Source of the DNA: Tautonia rosea
GTDB lineage: Bacteria > Planctomycetota > Planctomycetia > Isosphaerales > Isosphaeraceae
Direction of reading: 5' to 3'
Assembly: GCF_012958305.1 (NCBI RefSeq)
Contig: NZ_JABBYO010000008.1
Coordinates: 1 to 64,000 of the forward strand
Length of the DNA: 64,000 nt
Shown: positions 16,940-27,100 of the stretch, piece by piece
How positions within the stretch are numbered: the stretch's first letter is position 1
How the letters are laid out: each line of letters opens with the position of its first letter
Translations under genes and position numbers: made by a program
Notes under the pieces: generated by a model
The model's database searches: none
Seen by the model: only the letters and a program-made list of their open reading frames with translations
Told to the model about the DNA's origin: nothing

Positions 16940-19297
16940 TCACGGCCGATGACCTCCCGACCAATGGTCCGGGGGGGTGTCTTCCGAAGCCGATGAGCCG
17001 GCCCCGACCGCGGAGGAGCGAGGGGTGATGGCCACGTGGGGGCCTCGGAGGATCGGGCTGGAGCTGGCGGGATGCGTGTGCATCGATTCGGAAAGCACCG
17101 GGGGATGGTCGGAGACGTCGGTCTGTTCGACGACGGTGCCGATGATCTCGATCGGCGTGTCTCGGGGGACCTCGCGTCGGCTGAGGACGACGAGCCGGGG
17201 CAAGTCGGCTCGGGTCAAGTCCTTGAGCACGGGGCGAGACTCGGCCGAGCAGAGGATGACCGGGGGGACTCCGCCGGCGACGGCCGCGGCAACGCCATCG
17301 GCCACGGCCCGGACGACGCCTCGGGCGGCATCGTCGCCAAGGGCCTCGGCGGGACGGTCGTTCTCTCGGGCGGCGAGTGAGAGCCGGGCATCGAGCGGGG
17401 CATCGACGGTGACAACCCGCAAGCGGCCGTCGAGGCCGAGATATTGCTGGGTGATCCGACGGCCGAGGGCTCGGCGGACGCACTCGGTCAACTCGTCGAT
17501 GTCTCGGGTCCGGCCGGCGTGCTCGGCGAGGGCTTCGAGAATGGTTTCGAGGTCTCGGACGCTGACTCGTTCGCGGAGGAGGTTTTGCAAGACGCGCTGA
17601 ACTTCTCCGGCGCGGAGCATGCCGGGGACGACCTCGATGACCAAAGCGGGGGAGGTTTCCCGGGCGCGGTCGAGGAGTCGGCCGACCTGTTCGTGGGTCA
17701 TCAGCTCGTCGGCGTGCCGGGTGACGATCTCGCCGAAGTGCTCGGCAATGGAGGCCGAGGGCTCGATGATCCGGCATCCGGAGCGTTCGGCGGCGTCTCG
17801 GCCGTCGGAGTGAATCCAGACGGCGGGGCGGCCAGTGGCAGGGTCGATGCCGTCTCGACCGTGGACCTGAGGGCCGGTCAGGCCGGCGGGAGGCACGGCG
17901 AGCAATCGGCCGACGAAGGCGGTCCCCTGCCCCACGACGACGCCTCGGATCTTGATCCGGTAGTCGTTCGGGGTCAGGCCCATCTCGTCTCGGATGCGGA
18001 CCTGAGGGACGATGAGGCCGAGCTCTCGGGCGACTCGGTGGCGGACGTGTCGGATGCGGTCGAGCAGGTCGCCGCCTCGGGTCGGGTCGGCCAGGGCGAT
18101 GAGGCGGAAGCCGATCTCCAGCTCCAGCGGATCGACGTGCAGGAGGTCTTCCATCCGTTCGCCGGGGCCTTCGACCACGGTGGCAGCGCCTTCGGTGGTC
18201 CGGTGGGGGAGCGGCTCGGATCGGGTCGAGGAGTCGGTCGATCGGGATTCGGAGAACGAGGAGCGGGACGGATGGGGGGCAGGCTCGTCGGTTGGCTCGT
18301 CCGCCTCGTTCCGGGATCGGGAACCGATGAACGCTCCGGCCCCGAGGGCAGCGGCGATGGTCAGGAGCGGGAGCATCGGCAGCTCGGTGAAGGCCAGCAG
18401 GGCGAGCGATCCGGCCGAGATGGCCAGCACCTCGGGCCGACCGAGCAACTGGCCGACCACATCCTGGCCGAGGTCGGTTTCGCCCGACGACCGGGTGACG
18501 ATCAGGCCGGCGGCCAGCGAGGTGAGGAAGGCGGGGACCTGGGCGACCAGACCGTCGCCGATGGTCAGTTTCGTGAACACGTCGACGGCTTCCATCGGGG
18601 CCATGCCCGATCGGGCAATGCCGATGACCAGGCCGCCGAGGATGTTGATGACCGTGATGACGAGGGCCGCGACGGCATCGCCCCGGACGAACTTGCCGGC
18701 ACCGTCCATGCTGGCGAAGAAGTCGGCCTGGCGCTGGACGTCGAGGCGGCGGCGGGCGGCCTCGGAGGCGTCGATGACCCCGGCGTGCAGGTCGGCATCA
18801 ATGGCCATTTGCTTGCCGGGCATGCCATCGAGCATGAAGCGCGCGGCGACCTCGCCGATCCGCCCGGCTCCCTTGGTGATCACCAGGAACTGGATGGCGA
18901 CGAGGATGAGGAAGATGACGGCGCCGACGATCACCTCGTCTCCGGCGACGAACCGGCCGAAGGCCCGGATGACCCCGCCGGCGGCGTCGAGGCCGTGCTC
19001 GCCGCCTCGGGTCAGGATCAATCGGGTCGTCGCCACGTTCAGGACGAGGCGAGAGAGGGCGGTCGTGAGCAGGATGGTCGGGAAGGCGCTGAATTCGAGG
19101 GGAGACCGGACGGAAAGGGTGGTCAGCAGGACGAGCACCGCCAGGGCGATGTTGCCGGCGAGGAGGAGATCGAGCGCACCGGGAGGCAAGGGAACGATCA
19201 GGACGAAGATGGCCCCGACGATCGCCACGGGCAAGGCGGCATCGGTCAGGGCCGATCGGCCGATCGAGCTCTTGCGAAGCGGGGCGGTCGCGGACAT
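16940..19297 (-). CDS. flhA: flagellar export apparatus protein FlhA
   Basis: Conserved FlhA TM region (LLTTALSRLVLNVATTRLIL, FVAGDEVIVGAVIFLILVAIQFLVITKGAGRIGEVAARFMLDGMPGKQMAID) and a C-terminal cytoplasmic domain. The predicted 1171-aa ORF was trimmed to the ATG at 19297 (MSATAPLRK...) because the upstream part overlaps the divergent nfeD gene. Confidence 0.85.
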   Translation of the reverse strand: MSATAPLRKSSIGRSALTDAALPVAIVGAIFVLIVPLPPGALDLLLAGNIALAVLVLLTTLSVRSPLEFSAFPTILLTTALSRLVLNVATTRLILTRGGEHGLDAAGGVIRAFGRFVAGDEVIVGAVIFLILVAIQFLVITKGAGRIGEVAARFMLDGMPGKQMAIDADLHAGVIDASEAARRRLDVQRQADFFASMDGAGKFVRGDAVAALVITVINILGGLVIGIARSGMAPMEAVDVFTKLTIGDGLVAQVPAFLTSLAAGLIVTRSSGETDLGQDVVGQLLGRPEVLAISAGSLALLAFTELPMLPLLTIAAALGAGAFIGSRSRNEADEPTDEPAPHPSRSSFSESRSTDSSTRSEPLPHRTTEGAATVVEGPGERMEDLLHVDPLELEIGFRLIALADPTRGGDLLDRIRHVRHRVARELGLIVPQVRIRDEMGLTPNDYRIKIRGVVVGQGTAFVGRLLAVPPAGLTGPQVHGRDGIDPATGRPAVWIHSDGRDAAERSGCRIIEPSASIAEHFGEIVTRHADELMTHEQVGRLLDRARETSPALVIEVVPGMLRAGEVQRVLQNLLRERVSVRDLETILEALAEHAGRTRDIDELTECVRRALGRRITQQYLGLDGRLRVVTVDAPLDARLSLAARENDRPAEALGDDAARGVVRAVADGVAAAVAGGVPPVILCSAESRPVLKDLTRADLPRLVVLSRREVPRDTPIEIIGTVVEQTDVSDHPPVLSESMHTHPASSSPILRGPHVAITPRSSAVGAGSSASEDTPPDHWSGGHRP

Positions 19298-19870
19298 CCG
19301 AGTCTCCGTTCCGAATCCGTTCGGGAACCGAATCGCCAACATGGGCAAGGCCCGATCTACCTGGAAGAATCCGCGCGAACCGCGATCGCCCCGCGTTGCG
19401 CCGAACAGGATGGCCGCGCACTGCGACCTTCCGAAGGCGGGTGGCGGGCCGTCTCGGTGGCGAAGACTCCTGGGGGCGGGTGGCCTGGCCGGATGTGTGC
19501 GGGGACGATACATCGAGGCGGCGAGGCTGTCCAGTCGGATCAAGGACGATTGCAAGGACCGAGGAGGGAGGCGGGGCGGGCCGGGTGCCTCAAGTTGTTT
19601 CGCGATCAGGGTCAGCGAGCCTCGTCTCTGTTTCGGGATCGAGGGGGCCGAAGGGCGGGCGAAAAGGGGGCTCGACCCGGGAGGTCCGGGGACCGGAACG
19701 CACGGGGCGATTGTATCAGCTATGCTTAGGAGATCGCCTGGAGCGATTCCCGAGGTGGGGAACGCGGTGCAAGTTACGAAAGATCTGGGCGGGCGAGGCG
19801 AAGATCCTTCCCAAGTCACCTCAAAGGGAACCGATGATCCCGGCGTTCTGATTGGTTTGGAGCAAGGACG

Positions 19871-20494
19871 ATGAGCACCTTTTTCCTGTTCTGTGCAATC
19901 GTGGGCGGGACGATCCTCGCGCTGCAACTGCTGCTCACCCTGTTGGGGGTCGGCGGCGACCTGGGGGGCGAAGGGCTGGACCTCGACCTCCCTGATTTGC
20001 CCGATGGAGACACCGGGGAACCGACCGTCGGGCACGATGCGGGCGGGTTCTCGGACCTGGCGAAGCGGATCACGTTTCAGGGCGTGGTGTCGTTCATCAC
20101 GTTCTTCGGGGTCGGTGGACTGGCGGCGCAGGGTTCGGGCGTCTCGTCGGTGGGAAGCCTGGTGGCGGCGGTGGTCGTCGGGACGCTGGCGACGGCGGTG
20201 CTGGCGTTTGCATTCGCGGGCGTGCGGAAGCTCCAAGGGAGCGGCTCGCTGAGCATGAGCAACGCCGTGGGATCGATCGGCCGGGTGTACCTGACGGTGC
20301 CGGGGGGCAACGGAGGCGTCGGCAAGGTGTTCGTGACGGTTCAGGGGCGATCGGAGGAGGTCCGCGCCGTGACCCCCGGCCCCGAACTCCGTCCGGGAGA
20401 GGCGGTCGTGGTGGTGCATGCCATCGACGACCGCACGCTGGAAGTCGTTTCGCAATCGGCCTATGTGGCCAAGACCGCATCACTCGCAGACTGA
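19871..20494 (+). CDS. NfeD-like membrane protein (flotillin partner)
   Basis: N-terminal TM helices plus a C-terminal OB-fold-like beta domain (GRVYLTVPGGNGGVGKVFVTVQGRSEEVRAV). Immediately upstream of a flotillin gene. Confidence 0.6.
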   Translation: MSTFFLFCAIVGGTILALQLLLTLLGVGGDLGGEGLDLDLPDLPDGDTGEPTVGHDAGGFSDLAKRITFQGVVSFITFFGVGGLAAQGSGVSSVGSLVAAVVVGTLATAVLAFAFAGVRKLQGSGSLSMSNAVGSIGRVYLTVPGGNGGVGKVFVTVQGRSEEVRAVTPGPELRPGEAVVVVHAIDDRTLEVVSQSAYVAKTASLAD

Positions 20495-20556
20495 TCGATG
20501 GTCGGGTCGTCATCGACCGTTGACGAAACCGCATTGATCTTCACGACTGGCAACCT

Positions 20557-22323
20557 TTGACCCGGGGACTCGTCATCATGACGCTGCCGACTTCGATTCT
20601 CATCGCACAGGGTGCCTCGGGCACCAACCTGGAGGCGAACAACTGGTGGGTGATCGGCTTCGTGCTGTTTGCGATCGCCCTGTTTGGCATCGTGACGACG
20701 GCGCTGAGGTGCTACAAACGGTGCCCGTCGAACAAGATTCTGGTGAAGTGGGGTGCCGGTTCGGGCAAGCAGGCCGCCAAGTGCGTGCAGGGCGGCGGCG
20801 AGCTGGTCTTCCCGATCTTCCAGGATTACGACTACCTGAGCCTCGAACCGATCCAGATCGAGATTCCGCTGCGGGGGGCGTTGTCGTTCGAGAACATCCG
20901 GGTGAACGTGCCGAGTGTGTTCACGGTGGCGATCGGCTCGGACCCGCAGGTGCAGCAAAACGCGGCGATCCGGTTGCTCGGCCTGACCCGAGAGCAGATG
21001 AGCAGCCAGGCCAGCGACATCATCTTCGGCCAGCTTCGACAGGTGATCGCCTCGATGACGATCGAGGACATCAACCGCGACCGGGAGAAATTCCTGGAGA
21101 ACATTCAGCTCTCGCTCGAACCGGAGCTGAACAAGATCGGCCTGGTGCTGATCAACGTCAACATCACCGACCTGACGGACGACTCGGGGTACATCGAGGC
21201 GATCGGCCGGAAGGCGGCCAGCACGGCGGTCAACCAGGCCGAGATCGACGTGGCCGAGCAGCAGAAGAAGGGGTCGATCGGCGTGGCCCGCGCCGAGCAA
21301 GAGCAGGCCGTCGAGGTGGCCAATGCCGAGAAGATCCGCGAAATCGGCACGAAGACCGCCGAACGCGACCGGATGCTCGAAGTGGCCGAGCTGAAGCGGG
21401 CGCAGGAAGTCGGCGTCGAGACAGCACGATTCCAGCAGCAGGCGGGCATCAAGCAGTCTGAGCGAGACGTGCGCATTCAGGTGGCCGACGCCGACGCCCA
21501 GGCAATCGCCGGCGAGAACACGGCGAAGGCGAAGGTGGCCGCCTCGAACGCCGAGCTGAACGTCAAGCAGGCCGAAGCGTATCAGATCGGCGAGACCCGC
21601 AAGCGAGAGGCCGAGGCCGCCGTCATCGAGGCACAGTTCCGTGCCCAGGCGAAGGCCGCGTTGGCCGAGGCCGAGAAGGTCGAGGCCGAGCAGCGGGCGA
21701 AGCTCGAAGCCCAGGCGAAGGCCGAGAAGGCCCGCGTGATCGTCGACGCCGAGGCCGCCGCCGAACGCCGACGCCTGGAAGCCCGCGCCGAGGCCGACGC
21801 CATCTTCGCGCAGCTCGAAGCCGAGGCCCGCGGCCAGTACGAACAGCTTGCCAAGAAGGCCGAAGGGTTGAAGGCGATCGTCGATGCCTGTGGAGGCCCG
21901 CAGGCGGCCTTCCAGATGCTCATGCTCGAACACCTGGACAAGCTCTCCGAGACGGCTGCGCAGGCGATCTCGAACATCAAGTTCGACAAGGTCGTCGTGT
22001 GGGACTCGGGGGCCAACGGCCACAACGGCGACGGCACGGGCACGGGGGCCACGGCCGGATTCCTCCGGAACATGGCGCATACCCTACCCCCGATGCTCCA
22101 GATCATGCAGGAGATCGGTGGCGTGAAGATGCCGGATTACTTCGGCCAGGTCGTCAACAGCGACTCCGACCGCTCGGAGGAGGCCGGATCGGCCAATGGC
22201 ATCGCCCCTGAACCGGCCGGCGTCTCGGCGGGGTCGGGGTCCGAACCGAAGGGGAACCGCTCCGGCTCGGGTTCGAAAGGCTCGGGATCGGGATCGGGAG
22301 GCAATCGGCCGCAGAAGGGATAA
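20557..22323 (+). CDS. flotillin / SPFH (band 7) family protein, YqiK/FloT-like
   Basis: N-terminal TM helix and SPFH domain, then a long Ala/Glu-rich coiled-coil (AEAEKVEAEQRAKLEAQAKAEKARVIVDAEAAAERRR). 588 aa. Confidence 0.8.
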   Translation: MTRGLVIMTLPTSILIAQGASGTNLEANNWWVIGFVLFAIALFGIVTTALRCYKRCPSNKILVKWGAGSGKQAAKCVQGGGELVFPIFQDYDYLSLEPIQIEIPLRGALSFENIRVNVPSVFTVAIGSDPQVQQNAAIRLLGLTREQMSSQASDIIFGQLRQVIASMTIEDINRDREKFLENIQLSLEPELNKIGLVLINVNITDLTDDSGYIEAIGRKAASTAVNQAEIDVAEQQKKGSIGVARAEQEQAVEVANAEKIREIGTKTAERDRMLEVAELKRAQEVGVETARFQQQAGIKQSERDVRIQVADADAQAIAGENTAKAKVAASNAELNVKQAEAYQIGETRKREAEAAVIEAQFRAQAKAALAEAEKVEAEQRAKLEAQAKAEKARVIVDAEAAAERRRLEARAEADAIFAQLEAEARGQYEQLAKKAEGLKAIVDACGGPQAAFQMLMLEHLDKLSETAAQAISNIKFDKVVVWDSGANGHNGDGTGTGATAGFLRNMAHTLPPMLQIMQEIGGVKMPDYFGQVVNSDSDRSEEAGSANGIAPEPAGVSAGSGSEPKGNRSGSGSKGSGSGSGGNRPQKG

Positions 22324-22398
22324 GCCGATCGGCCTGTCCGACGGACCGCAATGATTGCCCCCGGGAGAGACGGCTCGCCGCTTTCCCGGGGGCTTTGT

Positions 22399-23070
22399 TC
22401 ATTTCGTGGCGATGTAGGCCCGGGTCCAGATCCGGTAAATCCCGGCGTACTGATTCTCGACGGAGAAGCCGAAGCCGAGGAACTCGCGGGCGAAGTCTCC
22501 ATCACCGCCGAGGAGCCCGTCGAGGGGGTAGCGTTTCTCCCGGTGGGCTTGCATAAAGTGGTCGACGAAGCGAGAGAGGACCTCGCCGAGCGGCAAGGGC
22601 TGCCGCCGCAACTCCTCGCCAAGCGGTCCCTCGGGGACCCGGAAGTGGTATTTCAGGGCGAACCTGGGGACGACCCGCAGTTGGGAGACATAGCGGTCGG
22701 CCGGGTCGGTCGATTCCCGGAAAAAGGCGGCGTAGTCGGTCGAGTCGAGCCACTTGACCCCCATCATGCGGAGCATCGCGGCGAAGTCGTCGGGCGAACG
22801 TCGCAGCGCGAAATAGACCGTCCCTCCCGCCGGTTCGTGCGACGGGGCTCCGGTGAAGGGGTGGCCGGAATGCGGCTGGACGCCGAGGTGTGAGGTCCGT
22901 TTCAGGGCGGTTGCGGGGGAGTCCCAGGGCATCACCGGGATCGGAGTGCCCGGAGGCAGACCGACGCCCATCGGGGCCCACTGGTCCAGATCACCCGGCT
23001 GGCACTGGGGAGCGCCCTCGGGCCAGACCTCGGGGGCGAGGCGGACGAACTCCTCGATCGCGTGGGGCAT
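22399..23070 (-). CDS. hypothetical protein
   Basis: The C-terminal 224 aa of a longer ORF look coding. Start set at the ATG at 23070 (MPHAIEEF). The N-terminal extension of the ORF is low-complexity shadow. Confidence 0.35.
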   Translation of the reverse strand: MPHAIEEFVRLAPEVWPEGAPQCQPGDLDQWAPMGVGLPPGTPIPVMPWDSPATALKRTSHLGVQPHSGHPFTGAPSHEPAGGTVYFALRRSPDDFAAMLRMMGVKWLDSTDYAAFFRESTDPADRYVSQLRVVPRFALKYHFRVPEGPLGEELRRQPLPLGEVLSRFVDHFMQAHREKRYPLDGLLGGDGDFAREFLGFGFSVENQYAGIYRIWTRAYIATK

Positions 23071-23173
23071 GGGTGGGCCTCCGCGCCGGCCCGGCGCTGG
23101 GAAGGGCGAAGTCGATCCGGATCGCCCGCGCGGGGCGAGGGGATCCGGAATCGGGAGCGGCTGTTGCCTCACC

Positions 23174-24199
23174 TCAGAACTGGTCGGCGCTGATGACCTC
23201 GCCCACCCTTCGGGTCGAGAGGGCCTGGTACACGGCGGGGAAGGCATTGCCGAAGATGTAGTCGCCGTCGCCGTTGAAGCTGACGCCGATCGGATCGTCG
23301 CAGCCGTTGCCGTTGGTCGGCCAGGTCTGGATGGTGTCCTTGATGAAGCGAACCGAGCCGTCGACGAAGGCATAGTTGCAGCCGCCGGGGTGGAAGCTGG
23401 CCGTGGCCTCGTACTTGACCCACCAGTAGACGCTGTCGTTGCAACGCTTGTAGGCGTTGGGCGGGAAGTTGGTGTCGAAGAAGGCGTCGGTCCAGAACCC
23501 GGCGTTCCACCAGAAGTAGCCGCCGTTGGTTTGCGGGAAGGCACTCACGGCTTTCTCGCCGAAGAGGAAGGTGTTGCTGGTGCCGTCTCGGATCTCGGCC
23601 AGCTTCACGGCGCTACCGTTGAAGAGTGTGCCGTTGTTGGCCTGGATGCGGCGTTGATAAAGCGCGGTGCCGTGCTGGGCGCTGAGGTGGGTCTGGTAGA
23701 AGGTGCCACGATTGCCGACGTAGCTGGTAAAGGCCTGCCGGGCCCCCGGGAACGACCAGTCGTAGTCGGCCGTGCTCAAGGGGGCGGAGTTGGCGGCGTC
23801 GGAGTCGCTCGGGCACCAGAGGGTCGAGATGCCGATGCCCGCGGCGGTGACGTTCGGCGGGTTCAGCCCGGCGACGGAGAAGTTATAGACATTGAATCCG
23901 CCCGCCTGCTCGAAGTAAGGGGCCATGATGACCAGGCTGTTCGCCCCCCACCAGAAGCCGCCGAAGGTCATGTCTCGGGCCGGCAGATGGCCCGGGGGCA
24001 GGCTGCCGAAGGTCGATTCGTAATTTGCCGCGGCCAGGGCAAGCTGCTTCAGGTTGTTGGTGCACTGCGCTCGGCGAGCGGCTTCACGGGCGGATTGCAC
24101 CGCAGGCAGCAGGAGCGCAATCAAGACGCCGATAATGGCGATGACGACGAGAAGCTCGATGAGGGTAAATCCGCGACGACGCGGAGAAGGCCGGAACAT
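23174..24199 (-). CDS. DUF1559 domain protein with prepilin-type N-terminal methylation motif (planctomycete H-X9-DG family)
   Basis: N-terminus [49 protein letters not shown] is the type IV pilin-like signal typical of DUF1559 proteins, followed by the conserved body. Confidence 0.8.
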   Translation of the reverse strand: MFRPSPRRRGFTLIELLVVIAIIGVLIALLLPAVQSAREAARRAQCTNNLKQLALAAANYESTFGSLPPGHLPARDMTFGGFWWGANSLVIMAPYFEQAGGFNVYNFSVAGLNPPNVTAAGIGISTLWCPSDSDAANSAPLSTADYDWSFPGARQAFTSYVGNRGTFYQTHLSAQHGTALYQRRIQANNGTLFNGSAVKLAEIRDGTSNTFLFGEKAVSAFPQTNGGYFWWNAGFWTDAFFDTNFPPNAYKRCNDSVYWWVKYEATASFHPGGCNYAFVDGSVRFIKDTIQTWPTNGNGCDDPIGVSFNGDGDYIFGNAFPAVYQALSTRRVGEVISADQF

Positions 24200-24468
24200 G
24201 GAACGGTCCTTTCAGTGAGGACATCATCCGTGAGATGGAATCGAAACCAGGACGAAATGGGACACGAAGGTCCTTGAGGAAGATTGCGTCTTCCCATCGA
24301 GCACAACGCGCCGCGACACCCTCGTGGTGTCGGAACGATCGGGCCCGATCGGAGACGAAGCGTGGAGTTTCAAAGAGGGAGAGGTGAAGGGATCGGCAGG
24401 GTTGGCAGTTCGAACCGTTGTGGCCGAATGTCACGAACGGGTGTCACACGGTAAGGCCGTGGGAGCGA

Positions 24469-24747
24469 TCAGCGGCCGCCACGGCCGCCACGACCGCCGC
24501 CGCGTGCTTCTTCGCCGCCGCCGCCGAAATCGGCAGCACGGCCGCCCACCGGGGCATCGGCGGCAGGAGCGTCACCCGAGGCAGGTCCCGTGGCAGTTTC
24601 AGGAGCAGGGGCCGGGGCCGCATTCTCCTGAGCACATCCGCTGAAGATGCCGAGTCCGAGCACGGCCGAGAGAACCCAAACGCGGGACCAGAGAATTCGT
24701 CGAGCCACGGATGATACCTCCTGAAGCGATTTTCGCATGAATGTCAC
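24469..24747 (-). CDS. small Gly/Ala/Pro-rich lipoprotein
   Basis: Lipobox LGLGIFSGC followed by a low-complexity acidic/Gly-rich tail. Common partner of DUF1559 genes. Confidence 0.35.
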   Translation of the reverse strand: MTFMRKSLQEVSSVARRILWSRVWVLSAVLGLGIFSGCAQENAAPAPAPETATGPASGDAPAADAPVGGRAADFGGGGEEARGGGRGGRGGR

Positions 24748-25088
24748 ACACCTCGGAACCGCCTCGACCGGGAGCGCGTTCTTTTCTCATCTCGTCAGCA
24801 CAGGGGCCAGAGGCCCAACCGCTCACTGCGTTCGTTCCAGGCGGGATCACGAGGCCTTGATGCTGGGGAAAAAACGCGGACGTTGGCAGCAACGTGACCT
24901 CATCTTCTTCAAAGAGAGGACCGATTGACCAGAATACGCCGGTTCCCCCAGGTTCAATGAACCCCTCGATTATAGTGCAATCAACCAAGAACGCCAGCAC
25001 CTCTCAAATCTCTGGATGCTATTGCTTCGCGGCGAACCTGATCTTTCGTCCACTCTGAAGCAACCGGATCGAGACCGGCGCAATCGGC

Positions 25089-25874
25089 TCAGATCGGGTC
25101 GGCGGCCGAGGTGGGCTCGGTCTGCCGAGGGCTGAGCTGGCGCTCGCGGGCGGCTCGGCGTCGGGAGCGGAGGGAGGGGTCGCCGTCGTTCGAGCGTTGC
25201 TCCTCGCGGCGTTCCTCGGGGGTCATGCGGAGCTGGGCGTGAAGCCGACGGTACTGGATGGCGTAGTGAATCAGGCCGATGACGAGCATCGCCAGGCCGA
25301 GCTGCAAGAGGGCGCCGTGCAAGGCCGCCGCCAGTGACCGGAGCATCGCGGAACGATCGGCCGAGGCGGCCAGCGGATCGAACCGGGCGAGGATCGACCG
25401 GATCAGCCACCAGGTCAGCACGATCAGGACCGAGGCCCGGAGCACGATTCCGAGAGCCCGGCCGAGGCGATCGGCGGGCGAGCCGCCCCGGGCTCCGGAC
25501 CAGAGCCGAGCCGGATTGGGCAGCGCGAGCGACGGGACGAACAGCCCCCCCATCTGGAGTTGGTGCGCCAGCAGCGCCGCCAGAACCGGGGCAACGAGGA
25601 CCCCCAGCATCGGCACCGCCACCGCTCCGATCGCTGATCGGAGCTGGTGAACGAAGACCTGGGGATCGGCCAGCCCCGGAGTCTCCCCCGCCAGCGCGGT
25701 TTGCATCAGACCGAGAATGGCGTCGATCAAGGGGCCTCCCGAGGCTCCCAGCACCGCCACGGCGGCCAGAATGCCGACGCTGGCCGTCAGCTCGGGGCTG
25801 TGGGGCAGCATGCCTTGCTCGCGAGCCTCTCGGAGCCGCCGGGGAGACGGCTCAAGCGTGCGATCGTCGGACAT
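25089..25874 (-). CDS. flhB: flagellar export protein FlhB, N-terminal transmembrane domain only (C-terminal NPTH switch domain absent)
   Basis: N-terminal SDDRTLEPSPRRLREAREQGMLPHSPEL and four TM helices, then the linker RLHAQLRMTPEERREEQRSNDGDPSLRSRRRAARERQ. The ORF stops where the FlhB-C domain should begin. No NPTH-containing ORF was found in any frame of the window. Confidence 0.7.
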   Translation of the reverse strand: MSDDRTLEPSPRRLREAREQGMLPHSPELTASVGILAAVAVLGASGGPLIDAILGLMQTALAGETPGLADPQVFVHQLRSAIGAVAVPMLGVLVAPVLAALLAHQLQMGGLFVPSLALPNPARLWSGARGGSPADRLGRALGIVLRASVLIVLTWWLIRSILARFDPLAASADRSAMLRSLAAALHGALLQLGLAMLVIGLIHYAIQYRRLHAQLRMTPEERREEQRSNDGDPSLRSRRRAARERQLSPRQTEPTSAADPI

Positions 25875-25937
25875 GGCAGGAACCTCGATCGTCAGGACGA
25901 AACACGACAGCGGATCAACGGGCGAAGCACAGCCGCC

Positions 25938-26720
25938 TCAGGAGCCGGGAAGCAGGGTGAGCCAGGCCGAGGCCAGGCCCGAAAGGATCCAGGAGAGGCC
26001 GATCAGCAGGAGGATCAGGCCGAGGGTCACACGCACCGAAAGCCAGGTCGTGAAACTCGACAGAGCCGGAGCGCCTCGGATGAGCACGCCGACGGCGATC
26101 TGAGCCACCAGTAAGGACAGGGCGACCGGAGCCGCCAGCCAGAGGGCCAGCCCGAGCGCCTGGCCGATACTCTGAAACAGGGAGTGAACCAGCTCGGCCT
26201 CGATTCTGCCGGCCGGAGAGGCGGTCTCCCCCTCGGGCACAAACCCGAGGGCGTAACTGTCGGCCAGGGCGATGGTCAGTCGGATCGGCCCGTCGAGCGC
26301 GGCGAAGGTGGCCAGCGCGATCAGGCCGAAGAGGGTGGCCAGCGGCGTTTCCATCCCCTCGCTCGCTTCAGGAGCGAGCGAGGAGGCAGCCGAGAGGCCA
26401 GCCTGGGTACCGATCACCTCTCCCGCCAGCCGCGCCGCGGCGACGATGAGGCCGGCCCCCACCCCCAGCACGGCCCCGAGGGCCGCCTCGATCAGCACCG
26501 AACCTCCCAGTGCGAGCGCATCGGCCGGGGCAGCGATCCGAGGCCCGACCATCGGCACGACGGCCGAGGCAATGAGCACGGCGGCCGCCATCTTGGTGCG
26601 AACTCCCACCCCAGAGGCCACCGCCAGCCAGGCCAGTCCCCAGACCAGGCCGCTCGATCGGGCCAGCACCAGGACGAACGACGACGGCCCGCCGGTCATC
26701 TGAAGCAAGAGGTCGGGCAT
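25938..26720 (-). CDS. fliR: flagellar export protein FliR
   Basis: 260 aa polytopic membrane protein in fliPQR order, with FliR-like helices. Confidence 0.75.
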   Translation of the reverse strand: MPDLLLQMTGGPSSFVLVLARSSGLVWGLAWLAVASGVGVRTKMAAAVLIASAVVPMVGPRIAAPADALALGGSVLIEAALGAVLGVGAGLIVAAARLAGEVIGTQAGLSAASSLAPEASEGMETPLATLFGLIALATFAALDGPIRLTIALADSYALGFVPEGETASPAGRIEAELVHSLFQSIGQALGLALWLAAPVALSLLVAQIAVGVLIRGAPALSSFTTWLSVRVTLGLILLLIGLSWILSGLASAWLTLLPGS

Positions 26721-26795
26721 GGGAGCCTCGGGACCAGAAGAACGCTCGGGAGATCCGTCGGGAGGACCTCGACGGCAGGCAAAGGGAGGATGCGG

Positions 26796-27062
26796 TCAAA
26801 GCAGATCGGGGAAGCCACCGAAGGCCAGGGCCGCGAAGTCGAGCCAGCGCGCCAGCAGCCAGGGGAGCAAGAGGACCGAGACGGCGGCCACCCCGCCGAG
26901 CCGAGCGACCAGGCCGACCGTCGGCTCGTTCATCTGGGTCATGGCCTGGGCCATCGCGGCCAGGACACCGATGATGAGCGCCACCCCGAGCGGTCCGGCC
27001 GCAAGCAAGACGGCCACGCGCAAAGCTTCCCGGGTTGCGCCAAGCAGTACGGAATCGTCCAT
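26796..27062 (-). CDS. fliQ: flagellar export protein FliQ
   Basis: 89 aa with two TM helices. ALRVAVLLAAGPLGVALIIGVLAAMAQAMTQMNEPTV matches the FliQ signature (..QA.TQI.E.T.). Confidence 0.8.
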   Translation of the reverse strand: MDDSVLLGATREALRVAVLLAAGPLGVALIIGVLAAMAQAMTQMNEPTVGLVARLGGVAAVSVLLLPWLLARWLDFAALAFGGFPDLL

Positions 27063-27100
27063 CAGTTCATCCTCGACGGGTGAACAATTCTGGGAATCTT

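Noticed and set aside
17444-19874. Long plus-strand ORFs (761 and 620 aa) rich in Gly, Asp, Arg and Ser
   Set aside because: Antisense or out of frame with flhA. The translations are low complexity with no domain, as expected from GC-rich third positions of the real gene.
19298-20455. N-terminal 386-aa extension of the predicted 1171-aa flhA ORF
   Set aside because: The extension is Arg/Pro/His-rich low complexity. It overlaps the divergent nfeD gene, which has a clean TM plus OB-fold translation. A canonical FlhA N-terminus starts at the ATG at 19297.
22853-24277. 474-aa plus-strand ORF
   Set aside because: Antisense to the DUF1559 gene and the downstream hypothetical gene. Translation is Gly/Ala/Val-rich without motifs.
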